From assembly GCA_013265495.1 (NCBI GenBank), contig MU058423.1:4231061-4295060 (forward strand): a stretch of DNA of 64,000 nucleotides, given 5' to 3'. The translations under genes and the position numbers were made by a program. Below the pieces are notes generated by a model. That model saw only the letters and a program-made list of their open reading frames with translations. It did no database searches and was not told the DNA's origin. Positions 1-13,169 of the stretch are shown in pieces (position 1 is the stretch's first letter; each line of letters begins with the position of its first letter). The DNA comes from Vicugna vicugna (taxonomy: Eukaryota).

Positions 1-37
1 GATCAGATCTTCATGGACCCTGGGATCTTAATGATTT

Positions 38-130
38 CTATGTATCTATGTATCTATCTATCATCTCTCTCTCTCTCTCTCTATGTGTGTGTGTGTATGT
101 GTATATATATATATATAGAGAGGGGGGGGG
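38..130. repeat. Compound microsatellite (TATC/TATG)-(TC)n-(TG)n-(TA)n-(G)n
   Basis: Directly visible simple repeats. Confidence 0.9.
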
Positions 131-808
131 CGCATGTATACATAAAGCAATGCTTTGCTCCAACAATTGAAGGAAAAGGACCAAAAGCCTTCTTGCACAC
201 TTTGCAATAAATGACTTAGACATCCTTATGGCATTTTTAAAGCCCTCTAACAGTTCCACATAAAGCTTACTTGAGACCCTAAACTTACCCATAGTGAAGC
301 ATCAGATTACATGATTCACTAAACTGCTGGGTTTTGTAGATAATATTAAAAATAGCTCTTTTCTATTTACAAATCTTGCCAGCGAGACTAAAGAACCATG
401 ACAATAAAATAAAAATAGGAGCTTATAATTTTGAGATAATGCATTGTCCGAGATTGGAACGGGTATATGATGGTGCTCTGTGACCTGTTTACTACACCCA
501 TGAGAAATCTGGCTAGATAAGAGGTGCTGAAGGATAAAAGACATAACACGATAATCATTGCAGTCTGGACTGCAACTCTTCTCTGAATAGCCAATCAGTC
601 TGAAGACTGGCAGGTAGAGAGCTTGTTAAATTTAAACTCAGCTAATCCAAGACCAATTAGCAATTAGTAGATGACCCTAGGTGCTTTATATGTGCATAGC
701 GAACCATTCTAATTCTTTTTGAGAAAACAGAAAGTCTAGGGGTCTCCAAACCCAGAAATACAAATGACCATAGCTCAAGGAACCAGATTCTGTAAGACAC
801 ATAGGGCA

Positions 809-1043
809 ACATGGTATTAAAAGCTTGGGTTCTGGATGCGAAGGGTGTGAGTTCAAGTCCTGGCTCCACCATGAGCCTGCTGGGTATACCCAACTGAGTC
901 TCAGTTTCCTCACCTGTAATATGGACTACTATTAGTAACTATGACATAGGATTGCTATGAAGAGTAAATTAAATAGTCCATGTAAAGTGTAAATCACAGA
1001 TTCTGGGAGATAGTAAGTACTCAGTAAATGTTAGCTATTATTA
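809..1043 (+). mobile_element. MIR SINE
   Basis: gagttcaagtcctggctcc (B-box), ctcagtttcctcacctgtaa core, tail tagtaagtactcagtaaatgttagctattatt. Confidence 0.85.
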
Positions 1044-1049
1044 TAGGCG

Positions 1050-1550
1050 TGTGGCAAATTCATGGCTATATGAAAGTCCTTCACATTCCCTTCTCTCTTG
1101 CCTTCCTCTTTAAAACACGTGGGAAAACTAAAATACTCATTTTCCTAGGCTGTCCTTCCTTTAGGGTTGGCCACATTATGTAGTTTCAACCAGTGAGATG
1201 TGACCAGAAGTCACTAGGTGGGGTATTCAGGAAATCTTTTTGAAAAGGGACAGCTTGAACAGAACCAATCCTTTGGCCCTTTTCACTTTGCCTCTTCCTC
1301 TTGTCTCTTGTCTGAGGTCCAGTCTGAAATGCTATAGGAACTTAAAGGCTTGCGATCATAATAACTGAAGTTCTATTTAATGATGGGTAAGCAGGAGGCT
1401 AGAAGGAAACCAAGGTCTGTCCACGTCCTTACACACCATGTGAGCCCCCAGCCACCGACCTCCCCACGTCCTCCCATGCATGGGAAACAAGCCCCACCCC
1501 GTTTAAGACAGTCAGCTTTCCTGTTTTTGGAAACAATATATTCCTGATAC
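1050..1550 (+). mobile_element. Ancient ERVL solo LTR (LTR33-like)
   Basis: aaactaaaatactcattttcctag...ggccacattatgtagtttcaaccagtgagatgtgaccagaagtc...gtttaagacagt resembles the LTR33 family as recalled. Confidence 0.55.
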
Positions 1551-2149
1551 AAGAAGCAATTATAAAGATTGTGGATGTACATAAGTTATGTTCACACATA
1601 CTTGTCCATTCTTTGGTTTATGGTAACCAATTGCTAAGTTAGATTTCTTTTTTTTTTCTTTATAGACCCACATAAGTGAAATGTTTCTTACATCTGTCTT
1701 TTTTACTTCCAATTTGATGCGAACTATACCATGATAATTTCTTATATACTTCCTTGGATTAAAAAATATAATTCTCTTTTTCTTGGGGAAACTGGGACAA
1801 AAGAAAAATAGGGCAGGGCTAAGCCTTAGGTTCTCCTGTGCTCTGCAAAGCCACAGAGTCCAGTGAGGCTCTGCTGCAGAGCTGAGAGCCGTCGGACACC
1901 GTGGGATTCCTTCACCAGGTAAGATTGTCAGGTAAGTTTTTGACAGCTCTTATACATGTACACTTACCACCTAAAAAGCTCTGATTTCTTTAAATGGTTA
2001 TATTACAGTCTGATTAAAAATGAATCTGCCCAAATAAATAGCTTTATAACTAGAAATAAAAGTCAAATCTGTGCAAAAGAATACACTAGAGCTACCTTAC
2101 TCCATACTTGTACCTTTGACTACAAAATTTGAAAGGAAATTGAATTAGA

Positions 2150-2534
2150 TTCCCATGATAGGCAGGGAGAGAAGGCGGTCAGGCTTTGTGTAAGAAAAGC
2201 CTCATTTTTGTGCAGCAAAAGTCCCATTGCTCCTGCAGACAGCACCCCCCCTCCCCAGCCAGCTTCCTGTCTGGCCTCTGTGTGCCTGGTGCTTGGCCAA
2301 CAAGTTGCACAAGCTCCCGGGAGCAACCCTCAGCCAGTGAGTGATGGACGTTTGAGGATAAATATTCCAGTTTCTTGCCTCTCAAGGAGACAGTTCTGAG
2401 AACAGCAACTTTATTGACTTTTCTTCCTGCTCTGTTTACTACTTATTCCCTCACAGTGCTTTCTGGAATTATTTCCCAAATATACTATTTGCATTGAAAC
2501 CCTTGTCTCAAGGAGACCCAGAATCAGAAAGACA
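2150..2534 (+). mobile_element. Ancient ERVL solo LTR (LTR16-like)
   Basis: ggagcaaccctcagccagtga...ggataaatattccag...tcccaaatatactatttgcattgaaacccttgtctca...aagaca resembles an LTR16 3' half. Confidence 0.7.
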
Positions 2535-2942
2535 GAGGGAAGAAACCAAAGAATTTCTAGACTGCAGATGGACCACAGGAAGGGACACTGTTAGACCGTT
2601 AGGTTGAAGTCCTCAGCGATCAATCACCTGCCTTCCCAGGAGTAAGAAGCTCCCAGTTCGCATTCCCTACGTCGGCTAGCCCGTTAGCTGGCATGTGGAA
2701 GAAGTCGAGTTTTGTTTTTTATGTAACAGGGTTTCATTGATTGACTGCCTTCTCCTGGGGCTTTTGAATTCCTCCTGGGGTGTTCAGGAGAACCCTGCAC
2801 CTCCAGAAGCTAAGTGATCAAGCCTGAGAACTCTCTATGGTAGTTAGGGAAATGCCCTCACGATAAACATGGTTAATCCAAAGGCATGAGGATGCAAGCT
2901 TGTATCCATGTCTTCTGTCCCTCAAGTCCAAAATGACTCACT

Positions 2943-3140
2943 TTGGGTTCTGGCCCTACTACTTGCTTGGTGACCTTGGGCAAGTTATATAACTTTTACA
3001 TGCCTCAGTTTCCTCATCTGTAAAACTGGATAATAATAGTACGTAACTCACAAGGTTGCTACGAAGAATCACAGTTATTAACTTCAAAGCATGTAAAACC
3101 AGTGCCAGGCACACAGTCAGTGTTTATTAGCCTTGTCATC
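2943..3140 (+). mobile_element. MIR SINE
   Basis: gtgaccttgggcaagtta...gcctcagtttcctcatctgtaaaa...cagtgccaggcacacagt. Confidence 0.9.
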
Positions 3141-6100
3141 ATCCCCATCACTATCACCATCTTTATTATTCTTGTCATCATTTTGGTTGTGGGAGGGAAA
3201 GCTAACAGGGCATCAGAAAAAGCCAAGGGTTCTGAATTCCTGACTTGCAGAATCCTCCACAACACTAGTGCTAAACTATCACACAAAAGAGTACACCTGG
3301 CTGACAGGAGTCCTTAAGCTTTTGCCAGTAACACTAGTTTTTTTTTTTTTCTCTCTTACAAATTGTGTAGTTTGGACACGATTTTACACTTTCAGGTGCT
3401 TGAACCAAATCTGAAAAATGCTGCTGATCCCTAAAAAACACTACCGGAGGCAGGGAGTGAGGATATGTCATCCGAAACCAAGGTGGAAGGTTCTGGAAGC
3501 CTTACAGGCCCACGCTCCTCAGATTCCATGGCCATAGAAATGAAGTGACCTGTGCTTTTGCTAAAAAAAAAAAAAAAAAAAAAAGCCTCATGATGGTGAC
3601 AATAACTGCCACAAAGCAGTCCTGGGCCTTGAGGCTTCCTGTCATTTGAGGGCCGGCTCGAAGAGCAGGGCTGCAGCAAAAGCAGATCAGAATTGCCTCT
3701 CCCGCAGGACTGGAAATATCAAATGCAGAGTGTGGTGTAGCCTTTTAATCCACCGGGTAGCAAAGTAAAGGTCAATTACCTCACTTAGAGGAATGAAAGG
3801 CATGTAGTAAAAGTCAAATAGATATGCCATTAGATAATATATTTCAAGCATGAAAATGAGGATTTTCTATTGCAGGGTGATACTGAATGCACTGGTAAAC
3901 ACAAGAGCTTTATGACAAAGAGTAAGATAGGAGGCTGACAGTGAATCTGCCCGACAGAGTGACCTCTGTTCAACGGAGGTGTCTGTGCGGAACCGTGCGG
4001 TCACCGTTGATTGGTGTCAGGACCCTGCCGGGAAGCAAGCAGGCTGGCCCCACAATCCGCCAGGCAGCGCCGGGAGGAACAGGTGCTTCTGCGGGTGGCT
4101 CCAGGGATTTCAGACTGTCAAGATACTCTCGGCTGTGCCAGGCTCACCGCTCTGTGTCTAGTCTGTCCTGATCCGTGAGCCTGCACCTTTGGCTCTTCTC
4201 CTTCCCCGACATTCTACTCATGGTTCTGACATTGGCAGGCCACCCAGCTCCGCTCTCCCGCCATGGTGCCTTCATTTAACAACCTAATTCCCAGTTCCCG
4301 GGACTGCGACTCTTTATTCCAAGGCTGTTCCCCAGCAGCCTCATGGAGCTCAGATTCCAATCTCCACTTTTAACCAGGATTGCCGTGCATCCACCCTGGT
4401 TTCTGCATTTGTTGGTGATGTGACTTGGAGTGCTGGACCCTCATTTTTTCATTCTGATCATTTCTGACACACTCGAAGGGCTTTCTCCTAAAGCAATCAG
4501 TCGGCTACATCTCTGGATTTATCTTCTCCCGCAGCTGTGCACGTAGGTTTTCACCTCATCAGACACATCCTTAAGGGTCACAGGCGATGTGCTGAGACTG
4601 GCAGTGGGTGTGCGTCCGTTGCGGACACAGGTGCTCTCTGCAAGCCTGGCATTATTTTACCTGGGGAAGCACCGTGTTTACTGGCCACCAATAAAGCTGT
4701 GTGAATTCAGGGGTGTTTTTAACTTCTCTGAGCTTCAGTTTTCACACTGTAAGCATTCAAAGTAATTCCATTTTTCATTTTTTTTAAAATATGCACTTAC
4801 ATTAAATGGGGATATTTAGTAGAGAATGCACCTTAATATTTATTGAAGCTGCAAAGCTGTCACTTGAGGGCTCTGCCAGAAACATCTGCAATGGGTTATA
4901 TCTGTATAGCAAAATCCTCCTTGGTTCTGGAAAGCACCCTTAGGTGAGATTTTCATTCAAGCAATGAAATGCAAATACCAACCCACTCTTCTCAAAAAAG
5001 CCTGTGAAATAACTCAAATGCAGATGCTTCAGCTTGAGATAATAAGCTTTCTGGTTGGTGATGTAAATTTGGCGTGTCAGTCTGCAGAGCCAAGTCTCTG
5101 AGAAGACTCACCATTAACTTGCAATTTATGCTGCCCTAGGCCCGAAAAACTCATTTGCCCCTGGGAGATACGTACATATTTTCGCCCAAGCATCTGCTCA
5201 AAGGAAAATGAGGGGAGTGTCCAACACAAGGAGAAATGTGGTAGCCTGATGTCTTTTTGGAGAAAGCACTACGAAGAAGAACCAGACTGAGTTTGGTACA
5301 CACAACATGGACCGGATTCCGGTGCCTCAAAAAAGGATGTTGTGCAGGATTAGCCAGACTTGAAGAAATGCACTGTTAAACAGCACAGCTGTTTTCACGT
5401 GGGCCAGAAGGTCTGGCCTCATTCTCTGGGTCGGAGTGGGAATTTCCCTTGAAGGAAAAAAATATTCCGAGACAATCGTCTTGCACAGGAAGTGAGGTGG
5501 GCTTTAGAGGGAGAAAGGTCTTTCTTCTCTCCCTGGCCAGGAAGTGGGGAACCTGGGCTGTGAGGTGTGGTAGTGGCTGGAGATTCTGGCCAGTGGTGAG
5601 GGGAGATGTTCCTCCCTGCCCTGGCCACATCACAACTGTGTGACACCTTCTGGGAGTTGGGAGCTGCTCAAAAGATGAGGCCCTAAAACTAGCGACTCAT
5701 TCTTGACGTGGCACTTCAGTGCTCCCCAAACCTTCCACAGTGTGTTGTTAAATTTAACAATCTTGTTTTAAGGAAGTAGGTGTCCACAATTAGGGAATGC
5801 AGGTATGTGGCAAGCAGTCTGACTAGCGCCTGGTTAGCAGGTGAGGGAGGAACGCTGGAGCCACATGTTTCAGGCTCAGGGCACTTTAATCTCCCCCTGG
5901 CAGAGCGGCATCTCCTTGATTCTCCTACCTCACTGTTATTCTGAATGGGGCTCTGCTGTGAAACCAGTGAATAAGTGGACAAAGGCTGTAATAATTTAAG
6001 AAGAGGTATTTCTCAAGCAGTTCCAAGTGAACAGAGCTGTGAATGAAGAGTGGGGAGAGAATATGAAAAGTACACACTTGCGTGTGCCTGGGTTAGTAGC

Positions 6101-6354
6101 TGGGGAGCAGCAAGAGAAGATGGGAAGTTGGGACCAAGAATGTCAGGAAATTACCCAATAAAATTCACTCCAGGTGATATGTCAGCAATGAGGGTAGAAA
6201 TCCCCTTTATCATACAAATTGAAAATCAGTGTAAAGCATGTCAGAAATTCAGGGGAAAAAAATCCAGAATTTAGGGCAAATGTAAATCCTAAAGGGAGTC
6301 TGGGCAGGAGAAAGGTGAAACAGCAGAGCGGGCAGGATCTTGTGCTCCAGGGCA

Positions 6355-6790
6355 GGGTTTCCTGGTTGGAACTCTGGTCCTTGCCCTTTTTACTAGCTAT
6401 GTGACCTTAGACAATTTTCTTATCATTACAGTGCCTCAGCTTCCTCATTTACTAATTGAAGATAGTAATAGTGATGTTGTAGTGATTAAATGAGTTAATA
6501 AAAGTGCTGAGAAGAATGAGGGAGAGGCAGCTAGTGTGTCTATCTATCTGTCTGTGTGTGTGTCTGTCTCTATCTGTTTATCTACCTACCTACCTACCTA
6601 CCTAATGGGGGAGGCTACTGTGTCTGTTTGTCTATCTCTCTATGTAAAGGAGGAGGAGGAGGTGGCTAGTGTGTCTGTCTATCTGTCTGTGTGTCTGTCT
6701 ATCTTTAAAAAAAAAGTGCTGAGAAGAGTTTCTAGCACAGTATAAATTCGCAACATATTAACTATAGTGGTCACTACCATTATTATTTTC
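6355..6790 (+). mobile_element. MIR SINE split by a younger 196-bp insertion (6516-6711)
   Basis: actagctatgtgaccttagacaa...gcctcagcttcctcatt...gattaaatgagttaat; MIR similarity resumes after 6727 with gtttctagcacagtataa. Confidence 0.8.
6500..6727 (+). mobile_element. TSD-flanked, A-tailed low-complexity insertion of unknown family
   Basis: Perfect 16-bp direct repeat aaaagtgctgagaaga at 6500-6515 and 6712-6727, with an A-run directly before the second copy. Confidence 0.7.
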
Positions 6791-7304
6791 TAAGCAGATA
6801 AGAGCTAGGAGCAACTGATTAATGGTCAAATGTCCTGACTAGTCACCCACTTTCTATCTCCCTCTCTCTGAAAGGAGGAAGAGGTGAAAAGAAAGAAGGC
6901 TGGGCACAAGAACTTAAAGAGCAGGGGAAAAAGTTGAAAGAACAAAAGCATGAGTACCAAGAAGACTGCGATTCTGAGCTAGTCTGGTGTCTAAAATAGT
7001 GAATGTCACACTTACTTCCTCTTAGCATAGCTAAAATCTTCCTTATTATCAATTACCAGTCAAGTGGTCAGTTGGATGGTGGAAGCACTAAAGGGGGTTT
7101 AGTTGTGGGAAATGATGCCTTTTTTGGCTCAGAATCAAAATCGTCAACTAATTTGGCTTAAAATATAATAGTAATTTAAACAATCTCTCATAACCAATAA
7201 GGGCGTTTGGGTCAATATTTCTACCATATAAAAATGCCTAATCAACAGTATCCCGCAGATCACACCAGAAATCACTGGAAAGTGTAATTAAGAACACAGA
7301 CTTC

Positions 7305-9690
7305 AGAAGGACTTCCACTTCCACCCACGACGAAGTAACAGGGTCTATATTTATTCTCCCACCTGAACTAACCCTCCAAAAGATGAAATATATGAAATGT
7401 TTTTAAGACACTAGACACCAGGCAAAGAAGGACAATGACCCCTGAGAGAAAGGAAACAAATAAACTGAGTCCAAGGACTCCCTTAGCTTGCTGGCTTGAG
7501 AGAGCTTTGTGGCCATGGTGCAGAAAAGGGGAACCAGGCCGAGGCCAGTGCACAACCCGATCAGAGAAGGTGGAGGTGAGAGGGCAGCTAGAGTCAAGAC
7601 AGAGCACTGGAGAGGGCTGCACGGTTTAAGACCATGGGAGATCTGCACAGGGACCCCTCCACCACGCAGCACAGTACTGGTCTGTGCATGTGGAGGAAGG
7701 AACTGCAGGGGGCCAGGGAGAAGAACACCTGAAGGGACTAGAGAACAGCACCTGTCCTCACACAGGGCAGAGACAGTGCCTGTTTTCACGAGGTAATGAG
7801 AAAAGCTCTTAATTCACAGGATATTGGATGAAATAGGTAAGTCTTGCTTAAGCAACGGAGAATAATTAACCCTAGACTAAGGACTGCTCCAGACCACCTA
7901 ATAAGTCATGAAAGTATGAACCCAAAGGATTGACATGTTTCCAAGTCACTTAGTTAAATCCCAGGAGAACCTCAAGAATATTCTCAGAAATGCAAAAATA
8001 CTCAGCACTCAACAAGGTATAATTTACAGTATTAGGAATATACAGCCAATGATTATCATCCATGCAAAGGAGCTGAAAAATGATGCAAATAATCAATAGA
8101 AACCAACTCAAGGCTGACACACATTATAATTAGCAGGCAGGGCATTGAAACTGTTACATATAATTATTGTAATTGCATTCCATATGTTCAAAAGTTAACT
8201 AGGAGAATGGAAGACATAAAAAAAAAACCCAAATCAATATTCTTAAGACAAAAAAATTCAATTTCTGCAATGAAAAATACACTGGATAGGGATTAGCAGC
8301 AGACTAGACATCACAGAAGAAAAGATTAGTGAATGTAAAGACAGAGCCATAGAAAGTGTCTAAAATGAAACAAGAAAAAAAAACTTTTTAATGTTAAGAT
8401 CATCAGTGAATTACATGACAATATAAAGTGACCTAAGATATGTGTGATTAGAATTCCCAAAGAAGAGGAGAGGGGTGAACAGAACAGGTATTTGAAAAAA
8501 TAATTCCCACAAATTTTCTAATTTTTTTAACCAAATCTAATAAGTGCAGTGAACCTTTAGCATAAAAAATACAAGAAACCTACCTCAAGGCATATTTTAA
8601 TCAAAATGCACAAAACCAGTGACAGTGACTCCTTTAAAAGCAGTGATACAAGAAAAGACATGTTATATACAGATTTCTCTTTGGAAACAATGCAAGTGAG
8701 AACACAGTGGAAAACACAGCAAAATCTTTAAACAAATGAAAGGAAAACAATCTGTCAATCTAGAATTCTACACCCAACAAAATATCTTTCAAAACTGAAG
8801 CAAAATAAAGTCATTTTTAGGCAGAAGCTGAAAGAATTCATCAACAGCAGACCTAAACTATAAGAAATGTTAAAAAAAAAAGAACTCCTTCCAGCAGAAG
8901 AAAAATGACAGATGGAAATCTGGATTTTACACACAAAGGAATGAAGATAAATGGAAATGACAGCTATGAGGGTAAATATATAAGATTTTTCCTTATTATT
9001 TAAAAGATAATTGACTGTTGAAACAAAAATGGTAACAATACATAGTGAGGTTTGTAACATGCATGTAAGTAAAATGTACGAAAACAAAAGCATAAAGGCT
9101 GGGAGGGGAGAAACAGAAGTATAATATTATAAGGTTCTTTTTTTTTTTTTATAGTTTTCTTTTTTTTAATGGAGGTACTGGGGATTGAACCCAGGACCTT
9201 GTGCATGCTAAGCATGTGCTTTATCACTGAACTATTTCCCTCTCTGCCATAAAGTTCTTGTATTACATCTGAAGTGGTATAACACCATCTGAAGTTAGAC
9301 TGTGATAACTTAGAGTTACATATGATAAACCCTAAAGCAATTCTACAGTAACAAAGAGATACAGCTAACAAACTAACAAAAGAGATACAAAGGAATCATT
9401 AAAAAGTTACACTAATCCAAACAACTGCAGAAAAAGAGGGAAAACGAACCAGAAGACTGGGACAAACAGAAATAGCAAGACTTTAGACTTAAATCTAACC
9501 ACGTCAATACTCATATTAAATCCAAAACTAAACACCCAATGAAGATATGGATGAAGAAGCAAGAACAATTATACGCTGCCCACAAAAGGCTGGAAAGATA
9601 TATCAGGTTGACACTAATCAAGAGGAAGCTGGAATGACACATTAATATCAGACAAAATAATACCTGTAAAGGACTCGGAAGGATGCTGTT
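7305..9690 (+). mobile_element. Old degenerate L1 (L1M-type 5' region, ORF1 remnant and start of ORF2)
   Basis: Starts ggacttccacttcc; A-rich; L1 ORF1-like motifs gaagaaaagattagtgaa, tagaattctacacccaacaaaatatctttcaaaactgaag, gaagctgaaagaattcatcaacagcagacct; no intact frame. Confidence 0.85.
9140..9248 (-). mobile_element. tRNA-Ala-derived camelid SINE (vic-1-like) nested in L1
   Basis: Minus strand: ...atagttcagtgataaagcacatgcttagcatgcacaaggtcctgggttcaatccccagtacctcca plus A tail; TSD ataaggttctt (9129-9139) / ataaagttctt (9249-9259). Confidence 0.9.
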
Positions 9691-9809
9691 ACGTAGATAG
9701 TACACAATGAGCGCTCACTGTTAGTAAATCACTTCTAGGGTAGCTCTCATGAAGGAGGCAGTGAACCATTGTAGACTTGGCAGTCAAATGCAGGAGTAGA
9801 AAAGGAATC

Positions 9810-9960
9810 TTAAATTCAACTCCTAACACTTTATTTACTGGCTGTAAAACTTAAGATAAGTTACTTAACCTCTCTCTGCCTCAGTTTCCTTATCTGTAAA
9901 ATGGGGATAACAAACAGTACTTACCACACGGGGCTTGTTACAAAGCAAGGTGAAATGAGC
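9810..9960 (+). mobile_element. MIR SINE
   Basis: aagttacttaacctctctctgcctcagtttccttatctgtaaaatggggataa. Confidence 0.9.
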
Positions 9961-11056
9961 AACTTGTATTAAAGAACTCCACCACGAACTTTTTCTTTTT
10001 TAGGTAAAGGAAATAAAGAAACGTATTTCGCACGTGAGTTTGTGGACTGAGATTCTTCCCTGTTGCACACGCTATATGTTCATGGGGACAGGAATAGGTG
10101 CAAGAGGGGAGAGAGAATGGAGACAGCAGAAGACGAAAAATGGAATGAAAAGTAATGAGGAGAGAGAAAAATCCTCCAAGAACCCTGGAAATAAGGGGAT
10201 ATGGGGACAGAATAAATGGTTTCCTACTGTATGTTGGGTGGTACCGGGTAACTCCAGAAGACTAGGGAGTAGGGGAAATCTAGAAGGCTCACATACTGGT
10301 AATATACATTTTTTATTTTGTGGCAGAATTGCCTGTTTTACAAGTGAGAAAATTTGTCATTCTGTGGGAATACCATTAATATTCCAGGGTTGATCTTGAT
10401 GCAACAGGGATATTCCTGAGGGTAAATGTAATCATAGTTGCAAATGAAGTTTGTTGGGCCCTAAGGAAAATCATCCACTCAACAATTACTTACTGGGAAT
10501 CTGATATGAAGTAGGCATGCTGGTGTCCAATATTCAGAAGATTCAGTGCCCTTCTTCAAGGAGTTCCAAATCTACATGTTTCTACTTCCTATCTCTTATT
10601 ATTTAGGGTTCTGTATGAAAAAAAAAATCAACTTTGGGTAGATACTAAGATCTACATTTCCTGCTTTCGGCAGGCACAGGTTTAGAATGCCCAAGTCTGC
10701 ATTCAGGATGTAGCCCCTTTTCCAATTATATCTGAGGACAATAGTGATTCATCATATGGCTTAACATCATTAAACATTTATTAAGCACCCATAGTGTGCT
10801 AGACACACAGAAACAGATAAAAGACATTGCTCCTGCTTAGCAGCCCTTTGTAAAAGAAGACTAATGAATGTATGCTTTATTCAATAGATCAAGAAAGCAA
10901 TCTACATTTTAAGAAATTTATAAATATTTAATCAAGATGTTGTACAGTAAATCTGATGGAGAAACCTAGACTTTTTTGATTACTAAAATAGGATTCTAAA
11001 TGACTAAAAACTTAAAAGTGTACAGCTCTGTGGACAAAAATGAATTTAAAAATCTT

Positions 11057-11210
11057 TTTTTGTGTGCTTTATTGGTTTTTTTTGGGGGGGGTTGTTTGTT
11101 TTGTTACTGTTGTTTAGAGGGGAGGTAATTAGGTTTATTTACTTACTTTTTGTTTTTAATGGAGGTACTGGGGATTGAATCCAGGACCTCATGTATGCTA
11201 AGCAGACACT
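11057..11210 (-). mobile_element. 5'-truncated vic-1-like SINE
   Basis: ggaggtaattaggtttattta...aatggaggtactggggattgaatccaggacctcatgtatgctaagca; flanked on both sides by aaaaatctt. Confidence 0.88.
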
Positions 11211-12896
11211 AAAAAATCTTGAAATAAGATATTTCAAATCATTCTTCCTAAATTTCCCATAAAAAAATTAAAAATCATAGAATATGTTAAATCCCCAATA
11301 GACAAGATGAATTAATTCTGCATCATTTCAGTCTAGATATAAAGTGCAAAAGATTTCATATTATCCCAGTAGCTTATATGTTAATAACTTCGAAAAGATT
11401 TGAAGTCTGACTTTATCCTTTCATTTTGAGTGCCTTTAAATATAAACACACACACACAAACACAGCCTTACAGAAATAAGACCTTTTGTGTACAGATCTA
11501 TAAACCCATCAGTTTGGCATTTTGTGATCCTTTGGAACATCATCCTTGACTTTAAACCTCTTTGTTCTAAAGTTAATTTTAGCTATGAATTTCCAGGTCT
11601 CTGGAGAGAATGTGTCACAACAAACCTTATTCTGAGACAGATTTTTGGGTCTATATTTAATTAAAAGTGCCCTTACATCTGCTCAGTAGCCATCCTAAAA
11701 AGTCCTTCTGAGATGTGAGTGATGACCCACAACTTCCGATCTATATTTGTAGGTAGCATTCCACAGTGGCAACTGCCAGCTGGTATCCTGCACTTTTCTC
11801 CCTACTGTGCCACTGAAAGGGAACAATTTGTTGTGTGGGAGGCCTAAAATTGTGGAGATTAAATTACCATCTGAGTGGACATGGTTACAATACCATTCAA
11901 AAATATTACTTAACTCTCTGCTACGTTTTTATTTTCCCCCACACTAACAGAGCTACCCAGGTGAGTTGTTACAGATCTATGTCAACTGCTATTGTTACGT
12001 GGAACAGACATGGGTAGCAGAATCTTCATCTGTCATCAGTTTACTGGAGAGGTAAAGTAGACAAGGTGCTCTGACACAGTGGGGAATATACTACATTTAC
12101 GAACTGAAAGAAAACTGAGTTTCTGTTAAATTGTTTACTGCTGCTGGAGAAACAAGAGAGGTTAATTTCATACCGTTTAATATAGCTTTGGAAGAATATA
12201 AAATAATGCTTGAGCACAACAGTGCTGTGCTTACAATCTGCCCTCCCCCAAGCAAAACAAACTCAATGTAGTTTTAGACCTTTACACAGATTTTAAATTC
12301 TTATGAATTCAGATCCTAAGGGATTATGTTAAATAGTTCCTACAAATCATATCCTATGCCAAGTGGCATATAGAAAAAATATGCAAAAATATGATTATGT
12401 TTCATTGAAAATACTGTCTATTCTGTATTATGGCTGAATTTGAATTTTTATATTTATAGACATCATTACATCACATATGGTAAGTGACTGTAAAATATGC
12501 ATGCATAAAATTATATTGGTTTACCTACATGCAAATGAATAAATATATTCATTCATGTGTGTAATTTTTTTAAATTATCACTTAACTTCTCAAAAATGGG
12601 GCTGGTATCCAGTTGTTTCTTATGGATCCTAAAGCGTCAAGAAGGATTAACGTGCATTAATCATTCACCACGTTGGTGACCCTTTAGCTATCTTTTATTT
12701 GTAGGGATCATCAGGGGTTTTTTGGGTTTTTTTCTTTTTTTTTTTTTTTACAATTCCTTTTACAGGCTGAAGTTATGAGGTTATAGTGTGAATGCAGACC
12801 AGATCCTAGGGTTGACTTTGACAACTCTTAATGCAGTCTTTCAGAAGAAGAACTATGCTCCATAGTCCCACACAATATCTCTACTGTTTTTAGGTC

Positions 12897-13045
12897 AACA
12901 CTTTGTAATAGAAATGTAATGCAAGATGCAAACCACATATATACTTTAAAGTTTTCTAACTAGACACATTCAAAACAGTAAAAGGTAACAAGTGAAATTA
13001 ATTTCAACAACACATTGAATGCAATATATATTGTTTCAATATTTT
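12897..13045 (+). mobile_element. hAT-Charlie MITE fragment (MER33-like)
   Basis: aatagaaatgtaatgcaag...aagttttctaactagacacatt...aagtgaaattaatttcaacaa. Confidence 0.7.
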
Positions 13046-13169
13046 TTCTAATGCTCATCAAAATGAATGTATAACAGTGCATTGTGTAAAATTATTTTGC
13101 TTCCCATCAGTGCTTTAGGCACTATATGTAAAAATACTTTTTTTAAATACTGAGGGATGTGGGTGACAA

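Noticed and set aside
1916..1937. Two consensus plus-strand donors 13 nt apart (CAG|GTAAGA, CAG|GTAAGT), suggesting an antisense exon
   Set aside because: No convincing acceptor or transcript evidence; such 9-mers occur by chance in 64 kb.
7368..7796. Four overlapping ORFs on both strands
   Set aside because: They lie in the GC-richer 5' region of an old L1, where stop codons are scarce by composition.
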